Under the pieces are notes generated by a model that saw only the letters and a list, made by a program, of their open reading frames with translations, ran no database searches and was not told where the DNA came from. From a virus: a stretch of DNA of 64,000 bases. Shown piece after piece: positions 50,602-60,217 of this stretch. How positions within the stretch are numbered: the stretch's first letter is position 1; the number at the start of each line of letters is the position of its first letter. The DNA lies in the IMG/VR virus record IMGVR_UViG_3300020048_000055, positions 44,877 through 108,876 of that record; one strand, given 5' to 3'. Position numbers and translations under genes: made by a program.

Positions 50602-51015
50602 ATGTTAACTGAAAAAGAGCTTATTGGAGTATTTGAGGAAAAGAGTATTCCCGTATTACAAAAAATGTTAAATGTAGAAGAATTAAGGGTATATGCCTAT
50701 GAGTTTCCTGTAAAGTACTTAGAAGAAAATGGGAGGGTTGACATGATCTTAGAGATAGTTCAGAATAAGAATCTGTTTGATAAGACAAACCCGATAATAG
50801 CCTTGGAGTTTAAAAGGGATCATATCAAGCATGGGCCTATTGACCAGATAAACTTCTATCTTAAAGTTTTAAGCAAGAAGATGTACAGACCTAATGTAAG
50901 TGGTTGGCTTGTTGCTCCCTCTTTTTCAGACCATGAGATACAGGAAGCAAAAAAGAGTAATATAAAATGCCTATTGTTAGACGAGAGTGGAAATGTTAAG
51001 TTTGTTAGAATGTGA
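50602..51015 (+). CDS. NucS/EndoMS C-terminal-like PD-(D/E)XK endonuclease domain protein
   Basis: EF, GRVDMI, IALEFKR, IDQI.FY, GWLVAP; GGAGG RBS before ATG 50602. Confidence 0.7.
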   Translation: MLTEKELIGVFEEKSIPVLQKMLNVEELRVYAYEFPVKYLEENGRVDMILEIVQNKNLFDKTNPIIALEFKRDHIKHGPIDQINFYLKVLSKKMYRPNVSGWLVAPSFSDHEIQEAKKSNIKCLLLDESGNVKFVRM

Positions 51016-51045
51016 GACTAATTATGAATACTTAAGGAAGTTAAG

Positions 51046-51357
51046 ATGAAAAAATTATTACTAAATACAACCTTTTCACATGATGGATATTTGGGAACCG
51101 AACAAGGAAGAATAGTTATATTTGATGGACAAATTGTAAGTGCTCAGGGAAATAATACTGACCACTTAACTCTATTAACAGGTCTTGCCTCTCGATACCG
51201 TTATAATAAACATGATGTAATCTCTAATGGTATACGAATATATTACTCCCGAGTTGATGGAGATATTATTATAACACCCTCCAGAAAAATTGATTATGAT
51301 ATGCTAATAGAGAAAAAAGAGAACTCACTTTTATTAAAAGACCATTTTAGACTATGA
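51046..51357 (+). CDS. Hypothetical protein
   Basis: Late motif at 51017, AAGGA RBS. Confidence 0.65.
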   Translation: MKKLLLNTTFSHDGYLGTEQGRIVIFDGQIVSAQGNNTDHLTLLTGLASRYRYNKHDVISNGIRIYYSRVDGDIIITPSRKIDYDMLIEKKENSLLLKDHFRL

Positions 51358-51361
51358 AAAG

Positions 51362-51390
51362 AAGCTCCTCAAATGAGGAGCTTTTATTTT
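51362..51390. terminator. Terminator between convergent genes
   Basis: AAGCTCCTCA-AA-TGAGGAGCTT hairpin. Confidence 0.8.
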
Positions 51391-53953
51391 ATAGCTTTGG
51401 TATTCTAGGAAAAACTGCATCAATAATATTAAGTAAATTACTTTCTAAAACACTTGAGTTAGTACCTGCTCTTCCACGAATCCAAAGTATTTTCTTTGAT
51501 TGTTCTGCCGCCCAATAAAAACCTTCTTTTGTTAAGTTTTTATGACCCTGAGCAGAACCCGAAGGACCCCCATCTACCCAAAGCTGACCATTGATAAATC
51601 CTCCCCTTCCATATGCATCATCATTAGGAGGAATTCCATGTACATCAGGTGGCGCACCTTCATCAACCATTACAACTGTAATACCTTTTATTAAAAGTTT
51701 TTTACTTTGTCTTACCGTTGTTGTAGGATTAATATTAAATTGTCTCTCATAAAAGCGTTCAAAAGCTTTTATATTCTCTGTAATCTTTGTTGATTCTGAC
51801 ATTCTGTCGTCCTTTGGATTAAAGTTACCTTTATTTATGGTAGCAGATTTTATTTGAGAAGGAGATAAGGCAATGAAAGATAGAGGGTGTCTATCATAGT
51901 GACTTGTATCTATCATGTTATAAGGCTCATATTGTACACCATCAAAACCTGCTTCTTGAATTGCAATCTTTACTTTATTAGGAGATTTTTTGTCAAGACT
52001 TCTATGATTGATACCTGCTATCTGAACTTCATCCTGAAGCTCTCCATTCTGGTCTCTATAGAAATCTTTACTATTAAACTTTTCTCCAAGAGATTTTGCA
52101 AGAGTATAATACTTACTAAACTCAAGGTTTTCCTTCCATACAAAAGCTTTTGTTAAATCCAGTACACTTCGGATATTTAAGAATACGGCTAAGGTATTTT
52201 TGACTTTAGAATATCCTTCTGCGTAATCTTTCTTTACCGTGAAGTGGGAACCAAAGTTTAATTGCTGTACTGTTTTTCCCTTACTACCATCTTTGGTATT
52301 AAATGCCTCAAAGGATTTATCTGTTCCATGATATACAATAAGAGGTTCACCATTTTCATCTACAATCTTAGATGCAGTATCTGGTGAGTTTTCCCAATCC
52401 CCAAACCAATTTTTGAAAGATGATGTTCTAACCAATTCCCAAAGCTCAGGGCTTAGGTTTGATAGTTTTCCATTTGGAGCAAAATTAACTTTGCTTTCAT
52501 TTAGTGGGCTAAGTTTGCTTTGTATAAGGGTTGATTCAGCAATTGCTAACGGAGCTTCTTGGAATTTATCCGCTTCTTTACTATTCATTATATTTAAGTA
52601 TTTTTGAAGTATGCTTATAAGCCTATCATAAGAATATCCATCATCAGTGCTTATAAATATAAGAGTTAAAATAATACTTGATATATCTTTTGGTTCTCCC
52701 TCAGAAAAAATTGCATCAACAATACAATCAAACATGTTTTCAACATTTTTCCTTCCATATTCTTTACATGCGGAAGTGACACTACCACTTAATTTACGTT
52801 CAAGTTCACTTAATTCTTCATCTAAAGCTTCTGATTCTGCCGCTTGACCTGCTTCTGTTTTTTGGTCTTCTGAATAGGACTTGTTACCCTCTTCATCTTC
52901 TTCTTCACCATCGGGTTCATCATTTATGAAGTTACCTGGATTATCATATCCATAGGAATAGGACTCCCCATAATTGAAGTCCTTTCCTGTAGCATAATCC
53001 TGTAATCCAAATTTTATAAACTTAGAATCAATATTATTTTCAACACTAATATCATCCAAATTCATTATGTCCAGTCCTTCAATCTGGTTACGCACCTCTT
53101 TCTTAAACTCTGGATTCTCAGCAAGGGTACTTATTAGTGTTGATAAATTAGGATGAAACAAAATATTATCTGAATGCATAAATATTGAGGACTTAACTGA
53201 GGAAGGTAATGATTCTATGAAACTTTTCTTTTCTACTTGGTCATCCTCTGCGTCCATCCACTGGTCGGTATCAAAATGTAACTGCCATTTTTCATCAGTA
53301 CCTTTATTAATAATGATGATAAGAGGGGTATCTGGGGCTGAATAATAATCAAATCGATTATTATTTTCAGAAGCAGTACACCACTTAGTATTTGCACCAT
53401 ATTTTTTAGAAGCTCTTTCAGTAAGAGGTATAACAACTAACCAAGAGGAATCCTCATACCACTTGTTGTACTCAGTTTTATCAAGCATTTCCTCTGACAG
53501 TACATCAAGCTGTGAAGAATAAGAATCTACCAATTTCCCGAGTTCAACAAACCCTTTGATGTTCATTATATTATTTTCTGATTCATTATTAAGACGATGC
53601 TTAGTTTTAAGAAGATTATATTTTTCTAAATAGTCTGTAACTTTTGAGAAGTCTTCTTTTAAGAACCTGTCAATTGATTTATATCTAACAATTTTAGAGG
53701 GGGTATAAGGCAAGTATTCAATACTACGAAGTGAGATAGCATCTAGGGGATATAGAATTGAAGTTTCAACTCCCTCGGGCTGTTTACAAGTAGCTCTTGC
53801 ATCAATCTCGTATTCCTTAAAAAACCAAAATATAATCCAAGAAGCATATTTTTTATCGGTTGTTGGGTCTATAGCACAGAACCAGTCGAAAAGTTGTTTT
53901 TGAAGTTTTGTTTCATATTTTGAGTAATTTATAGCTTCATGGAGTAGTATCAT
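51389..53953 (-). CDS. Multidomain cargo protein: KWCT domain + polyvalent-protein-type ADP-ribosyltransferase fold + C-terminal module
   Basis: Leader MILLHE-A; GANTKWCTA; VRT..FKNWFGDWE...SKIVDENGEPLIVYHGT...QIKSA..N.GNF signature of ART-PolyVal-like domains. Confidence 0.75.
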   Translation of the reverse strand: MILLHEAINYSKYETKLQKQLFDWFCAIDPTTDKKYASWIIFWFFKEYEIDARATCKQPEGVETSILYPLDAISLRSIEYLPYTPSKIVRYKSIDRFLKEDFSKVTDYLEKYNLLKTKHRLNNESENNIMNIKGFVELGKLVDSYSSQLDVLSEEMLDKTEYNKWYEDSSWLVVIPLTERASKKYGANTKWCTASENNNRFDYYSAPDTPLIIIINKGTDEKWQLHFDTDQWMDAEDDQVEKKSFIESLPSSVKSSIFMHSDNILFHPNLSTLISTLAENPEFKKEVRNQIEGLDIMNLDDISVENNIDSKFIKFGLQDYATGKDFNYGESYSYGYDNPGNFINDEPDGEEEDEEGNKSYSEDQKTEAGQAAESEALDEELSELERKLSGSVTSACKEYGRKNVENMFDCIVDAIFSEGEPKDISSIILTLIFISTDDGYSYDRLISILQKYLNIMNSKEADKFQEAPLAIAESTLIQSKLSPLNESKVNFAPNGKLSNLSPELWELVRTSSFKNWFGDWENSPDTASKIVDENGEPLIVYHGTDKSFEAFNTKDGSKGKTVQQLNFGSHFTVKKDYAEGYSKVKNTLAVFLNIRSVLDLTKAFVWKENLEFSKYYTLAKSLGEKFNSKDFYRDQNGELQDEVQIAGINHRSLDKKSPNKVKIAIQEAGFDGVQYEPYNMIDTSHYDRHPLSFIALSPSQIKSATINKGNFNPKDDRMSESTKITENIKAFERFYERQFNINPTTTVRQSKKLLIKGITVVMVDEGAPPDVHGIPPNDDAYGRGGFINGQLWVDGGPSGSAQGHKNLTKEGFYWAAEQSKKILWIRGRAGTNSSVLESNLLNIIDAVFPRIPKL

Positions 53954-53963
53954 GTTTTATTCC

Positions 53964-54821
<858 letters not shown>

Positions 54822-54831
54822 GGATAATTAG

Positions 54832-55815
54832 TTATTCCTTTATTTTTCGTGTCCTAGAACCTCTTCCAAGGGAATAACCTTTTTCTAAAAGTTTAATTGA
54901 GTCTTCCTTTGTAGCAAACCTTTGCTCCAACTCGTTATGCACCCAAACACGCCCTAACCTTGATTCAGTCATCTTCTTTTTTGCAGATTCAGAAGCCAAC
55001 AGTCTTCCCTCTTTCCACCCTTTTAATTTTAAAAAAGATTCCATTTCATCTGGGAAAACCCAGTGTTCCTCAATAGTATTTGTAACCCATAGTCTTCCAG
55101 TCCTATCAATTGACTGTTGGAGTTTTTGTTCCTCAGTTCTTACCTTTCCTAAGTTTTTCCCTATGCTGTTTTTTGACATAAGTTTCTTGGTTTCTTCTGT
55201 ATGATTTTTACCTTTAATCCAACTATTTTCCGACATAAGTTTTTTTGTCTTATCACTCATTCCTAATTGATAACCCTCAGAGAGGTAGTAATCAAGTTCC
55301 TCGGGCTTAATTAACCTCAGGTCATCACCTTTACTTACAAACACTCTACCAATATTCATTTTTGAAACTATATCCCATCCACCATCACCCCCAGTTTTTA
55401 AGTTGTACCCTATTTCTTTATTGTTACCATTTCTTACAGATATCCAGTATTTCTCTTTTTCATTTAATTCATTTTTCATATCCTCTTCTGTTTTAATATT
55501 ATCATACATAACTACATCCAAATAAAACTTATGAAAATGGATTTCACCATATTTATTAATAGCATTTTTATAATAGGGTCCACCTGAACCTAAATAAGAG
55601 TTAACTTGGGAGGGTCTTTTTGTTTTCCAACAGGTTTGTTTTCCAACATAATTCTTTAGATTAATATCACAAATAACTTCATATATGCATCCATAATATT
55701 TCAAGTTATCCCTATTTATAGCGGATTTCCCTGCCAAGTTTATACCGTCAAAATCTAAGAATTCTACGTTAGAACCAATCTTCTTATTGAACCTATTAAA
55801 AATATCTATATCCAT
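54832..55815 (-). CDS. GIY-YIG homing endonuclease (Seg-like) with NUMOD3 repeats
   Basis: GCIY.......KNYVGK, YLGSG, AI.KYG, E..WI, GYNL..GG.GG, KNHTEETKKLMS. Confidence 0.85.
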   Translation of the reverse strand: MDIDIFNRFNKKIGSNVEFLDFDGINLAGKSAINRDNLKYYGCIYEVICDINLKNYVGKQTCWKTKRPSQVNSYLGSGGPYYKNAINKYGEIHFHKFYLDVVMYDNIKTEEDMKNELNEKEKYWISVRNGNNKEIGYNLKTGGDGGWDIVSKMNIGRVFVSKGDDLRLIKPEELDYYLSEGYQLGMSDKTKKLMSENSWIKGKNHTEETKKLMSKNSIGKNLGKVRTEEQKLQQSIDRTGRLWVTNTIEEHWVFPDEMESFLKLKGWKEGRLLASESAKKKMTESRLGRVWVHNELEQRFATKEDSIKLLEKGYSLGRGSRTRKIKE

Positions 55816-55940
55816 AATAACTAACCTCTCATCAATTAGTTATATATTAACAAATAAATTAAAAGTCTTTTTCAGGTTCACCTACTAATTTAATATCTTA
55901 AGAATAATATAAGTACGTTAAAAGTACTAAGGAGTTTATA

Positions 55941-58529
55941 ATGGGTAAGGGTTCGTCATTTCGTCTCATTTTTTTAGATATCGATAGTAGTTTTTCTATC
56001 AATGATGAAAGTGCAACGATAAAAGGTTATATGGTAGTACGTTCACCAAAAGGTACGGCTGAACCGATGTATTTTGGTCCCGGTAATGAGGGTGCGATTC
56101 ATTCAATGATTGGTATTCCTGATGCAAATCATCCTGATATTGCAGAGGCAATTGCATATAACAGCGAATATGGTATTTACATTTCAGCACCTGCGGGTTC
56201 AAGTGAAGATTATGCGTCTTACTATGGTGGAGCATATCTTACAACAAAAGGTTCCTTTGATTTCTACAAAGTTTCAGACAAGGAAGAATTAAACTTCTTG
56301 ACTGCAATAAAACTTGGAAGTGAAAAGAATAAGTTTATTACTCTTGCAACTGCACCTGTTACCACGTTAACAGATACCGCAGACCTTATGTTCCCAACTG
56401 TGGGTGAAGGTGTATTTGCTATCAATGGGGTAAGTAATGCCATCATGAGTAACTTAGATCATTTAGATTTTGATTATTGGGGAAACAATGAAACAACCTC
56501 AGCAGTTAGCAAAGGTGTAAAAGAACTTACCTTCTCCATAAGCGGAGCTAATTGTACTATCAATGATGGATTAGTTCAGATTGGTGCAGGTGTTACACAG
56601 CCCGATGGTACATGGAATCTTACTTTTGGAAAAATCCAAACTGAATTCAACACTGGAATTATCTGGCTTGATTTCCAAGACTATGGAAATTGGTACAAGT
56701 ATCTAGGAATTGATAAGATTGTAGGTGAAGCCGCTCAACAGGCAGTTATTCTTACAAACAAAACAAAGATTTTTGCTTACGTTTTTAGCGGAACTCAGTT
56801 CTCTAAAGATAATGGAGTTACATACACAGAGCCGGTAACAGGACTTAAAAACAGATTCAACTGGGTTGTAAATATCGAAGATATTTCTTTCTCTGCAATC
56901 AATCAAAAGTCACCTACTGAAAAAGAAACGAAAGTAACTATTTCTCACATTGGGTATGATAAGTTTTACTATGATAGTGCTCTTGCTTATCTTGGAACGG
57001 CAGATCAGACAAAAACTGTTTTCAATACTGGTGATGCAAATAACTATGTTATATTCCTCGATTCTACAAACCTTATTCCTAAAACCATTATGCAATATAA
57101 AGGTGCAAAAGCAGGTTTACCAGTATTCGTAGATGTAACTAACACAAAGTTTAAGTCAAAGTATATAAGAATAAGAAACTCTGCAACCGCAACGAGTGTA
57201 TCAACTCTTGATAATACCCTATGGTATGTTACAAGTGCAGGAGTATTTGTTCAAGCTACACCAGAAAGCAATAACCCTCCTAAGGTTAATCCTTTGTTTA
57301 ACTCGATTTCGTTTAGCTGTTCGGAAGAAGTATACCCGGGAACCGTAACAGGTGGTGGAACATTTACCGGTTCACTATCAGAAACAGGAAAAGATTCCTA
57401 TGGTTCACAGATTTATTTCCCAATGATTCTTCCAGACTCAGCTCTATCTTTTGTTGAAGTAAAAGTATTCCCCAATGTTCAACTTGATACAATGGCAGGA
57501 ATGATTAATGATTTTGGTTTCTGGACTGGTACCCGTATTGTCGATGACTTCGGACCAGAAGTAGATTCTTATATCGTACAGTTCTCTGGTAAGCGTTATG
57601 TTCAACATCTTATTGAACAAAATGTAGCTAATGGAATGGTTGGTTGCCCTAATGGTGATGAAACATTCTTTGATGTTTGTAACATGGGTTGGATGGAAGC
57701 TTTCAATCCTAAATATGATGAATGTTCTGTTTTCATGGAACCGACTGGTATTGAGACCTTGAAAGAAAAGCTTGCCGCTCTTAGAGCAACTCAGAAACTT
57801 TCAACCATGATTTCTTTCAAAGTAATCACTCAAGCAGATTTCTTAGATACTGACTCTATCGCAATTACTGCCCGTCTTACTGGTACTGCTCAATACGTTG
57901 GTGAGTTCTTGGTAAAAGACCCTTATACTGGTAAAAAATACTGGTGTATGCCGATAGGTGATGTTGGTGTAAACCTTTCACGTATCATGGAAAAGAAACT
58001 CGGTGGTTGGGCACCTATGTGGCAGAATATTTCTGGTGGACTTGGTGGACAACTTGGTCGTTCAGTTCTTAAACAAAAATGGAACTTCACTGACGAGGAT
58101 ACTCAAGTTCTTGATAAAAAAGGTCTTAACCCAATCTCGTTCAGTGCAGATGATGGCTTGATGATTCTTTCACAAAAGACTACTCAAGACCCAACAAATC
58201 TTACTGATTGGTCTTACCTTGGTCATACAATGTCTTTCGACCTTTTCAAGAGAGATATGCGTGATAATGTAATGAGACCTCAGATAGGTAAACCCATCAA
58301 TGATTATTGGATGAATATTAGACAACAAAATGCCGATGCTATCATGGCAAAACGTTTGTCTGGTTCACAACCAATCTGGAGTGCAGGTAAAATTGATATC
58401 GCTGGTGTCAATACCGATACGACAAAAGCTAAGAGAACGTTTATGATAAAAGCTACAGTTAAGGTTTCAACCTTTTCTGAAAAAATTTCTCTTACCTTCG
58501 AGAATGTCGCACAAACCACGAACCTTTAA
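55941..58529 (+). CDS. Tail sheath protein
   Basis: N-terminal DIDSS, C-terminal W.P.G...W.AP.W...G, L...GLNPI, SQKT, IGKPIND, F.I...VK. Late promoter, AAGGAG RBS, own terminator. Confidence 0.8.
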   Translation: MGKGSSFRLIFLDIDSSFSINDESATIKGYMVVRSPKGTAEPMYFGPGNEGAIHSMIGIPDANHPDIAEAIAYNSEYGIYISAPAGSSEDYASYYGGAYLTTKGSFDFYKVSDKEELNFLTAIKLGSEKNKFITLATAPVTTLTDTADLMFPTVGEGVFAINGVSNAIMSNLDHLDFDYWGNNETTSAVSKGVKELTFSISGANCTINDGLVQIGAGVTQPDGTWNLTFGKIQTEFNTGIIWLDFQDYGNWYKYLGIDKIVGEAAQQAVILTNKTKIFAYVFSGTQFSKDNGVTYTEPVTGLKNRFNWVVNIEDISFSAINQKSPTEKETKVTISHIGYDKFYYDSALAYLGTADQTKTVFNTGDANNYVIFLDSTNLIPKTIMQYKGAKAGLPVFVDVTNTKFKSKYIRIRNSATATSVSTLDNTLWYVTSAGVFVQATPESNNPPKVNPLFNSISFSCSEEVYPGTVTGGGTFTGSLSETGKDSYGSQIYFPMILPDSALSFVEVKVFPNVQLDTMAGMINDFGFWTGTRIVDDFGPEVDSYIVQFSGKRYVQHLIEQNVANGMVGCPNGDETFFDVCNMGWMEAFNPKYDECSVFMEPTGIETLKEKLAALRATQKLSTMISFKVITQADFLDTDSIAITARLTGTAQYVGEFLVKDPYTGKKYWCMPIGDVGVNLSRIMEKKLGGWAPMWQNISGGLGGQLGRSVLKQKWNFTDEDTQVLDKKGLNPISFSADDGLMILSQKTTQDPTNLTDWSYLGHTMSFDLFKRDMRDNVMRPQIGKPINDYWMNIRQQNADAIMAKRLSGSQPIWSAGKIDIAGVNTDTTKAKRTFMIKATVKVSTFSEKISLTFENVAQTTNL

Positions 58530-58549
58530 TTCATGTAAATTAAATTATG

Positions 58550-58578
58550 AGAGATACCCGAAAGGGTATCTCTTTTTT
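58550..58578 (+). terminator. Intrinsic terminator
   Basis: AGAGATACCC-GAAA-GGGTATCTCT plus TTTTT. Confidence 0.9.
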
Positions 58579-58633
58579 GTTTAGAAAGTGGAATAATTAA
58601 TTAATATTAATTAAATGAGTGTATAAAATACTT

Positions 58634-59377
58634 TTAAGTAGTATCTTGGTTAAACTTTATCTCATATTCTTCAACCCATCTATCCGTAATAGAAAAAGAG
58701 TTTTTTGAGTAAGGGTTTAATGAATCATACAATGGGATGAAGTTTTTCATAACTTTCTTATATTTTTCAAAATTACTAGTAATCATTTCAAGTGAATATC
58801 TATTTTCCTTACTAAATGCATCCATTTCTTTTTTGAAAAATCTATATTTTTTCCCTTCATCTTGTGACTTAAAATTATTTATTGCATCGTATTTTTTAAT
58901 AAGTTCTTTAGCTTTTAAGAAAAAAAATCTATTTATTAATTCGTTTTTTAATAAATATCTACTATCAATAAACTCAAAACTATTACTTGCTTGGGTAATA
59001 TTTAAGTTAAAATCCTCAATAAACTTAGTCATATTAAAACTTTTTAATTCTTCTTTAATAATACTAATTGAATCTAAAGGTATTTCCCGAAGGTATTTAT
59101 TTAATAGAACAGCATAATATTTTGTTAAAAACTTATTAAAGTTTTTTTTATCCTTACCTACCTCATAGTACTTGGGAAGTATTATTGTTCCAATAAAAAA
59201 TAGAAATATGGATATTATTGCCTTATGGCAATCATCTAAAAACCTAATATAATCTATCTCAAAAGATTCTTTGCTAATAATTGATACTAGTGGAGCACTT
59301 AAGCAACAACTCAAAAATAAACATAAAATTAAATAGACATGCCAATCCCTTATTAATATGCTAATTATTTTTTTCAT
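58634..59377 (-). CDS. Membrane-anchored hypothetical protein (very AT-rich)
   Basis: Two N-terminal hydrophobic segments, GAGG RBS. Confidence 0.6.
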   Translation of the reverse strand: MKKIISILIRDWHVYLILCLFLSCCLSAPLVSIISKESFEIDYIRFLDDCHKAIISIFLFFIGTIILPKYYEVGKDKKNFNKFLTKYYAVLLNKYLREIPLDSISIIKEELKSFNMTKFIEDFNLNITQASNSFEFIDSRYLLKNELINRFFFLKAKELIKKYDAINNFKSQDEGKKYRFFKKEMDAFSKENRYSLEMITSNFEKYKKVMKNFIPLYDSLNPYSKNSFSITDRWVEEYEIKFNQDTT

Positions 59378-59458
59378 TTTAACCTCTGTAAAATATATTA
59401 ACTTTTATTAATAAAGTCACGCAATTATGTTAATATATCTATATTAAATGGAGGTTAT

Positions 59459-60217
59459 ATGAAATTATTAATTACGAGTGGTGGAACAAAGGTAAATATT
59501 GATACGGTTCGACACATAGGGAATATGTCTTCGGGAACGTTTGGAGCAAAGATTGCTTTAGAAGCATTGAAAGATGGGCATGAAGTAACTTTCTTAAAAG
59601 CATCTGGTTCTAAGAGTCCAATCTATCCTGATTTTAGTACGGAAAACTATATGACCTTAGATTACTTTGATGAGGTTAACAATGAATACCGCAAATATAT
59701 TAATCTGTTTAAGGACAAATGTAGGATTATTGAATACTCAGATTTTTATGAATATCAGGAAAGTGTTGATGACCTTCTTGAAGACCATACGTTTGATGTA
59801 ATTGTATTAGCAGCGGCAGTAAGTGATTATGGTGTTGAAAATCCTGTTGATGGAAAAATAAGATCTACCGAAGAAGAGATGACAATTAAGTTGAACAAAC
59901 TTCCTAAAATTATATCTACTGTTCGGGAGAAAGCTCCAAACTCAATAATTATTGGATTTAAGCTTTTAGTAAATAGTACTGACACCGAACTTATAAATAG
60001 TGCAAAAAAATCATTAATAGATAACAACCTTGATATGGTAGTTGCGAATGACCTGAGAGATATAAAGGATAATAATCATGTAATTCATCTTATTACAAAA
60101 TCTGGGTATGATAGTGCAGAAGCAGATGATGATTGTAAAGATCGTAACTACTTGGCAAACCATTTAGTGGCTTATTTCAAATATCTTTCAGATAGAAAAC
60201 TTGTGGAGAACAAATGA
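59459..60217 (+). CDS. coaB: Phosphopantothenate--cysteine ligase (CoaB / Dfp C-terminal domain)
   Basis: LITSGGT...ID.VR.IGN.SSG.FG, AAAVSDY, PKII, IGFKL, VVAND. Confidence 0.9.
   Translation: MKLLITSGGTKVNIDTVRHIGNMSSGTFGAKIALEALKDGHEVTFLKASGSKSPIYPDFSTENYMTLDYFDEVNNEYRKYINLFKDKCRIIEYSDFYEYQESVDDLLEDHTFDVIVLAAAVSDYGVENPVDGKIRSTEEEMTIKLNKLPKIISTVREKAPNSIIIGFKLLVNSTDTELINSAKKSLIDNNLDMVVANDLRDIKDNNHVIHLITKSGYDSAEADDDCKDRNYLANHLVAYFKYLSDRKLVENK

Noticed and set aside
54832-55940. Group I intron hosting the GIY-YIG gene
   Set aside because: The flanking genes are complete, the gene is free-standing, and no intron core was recognised
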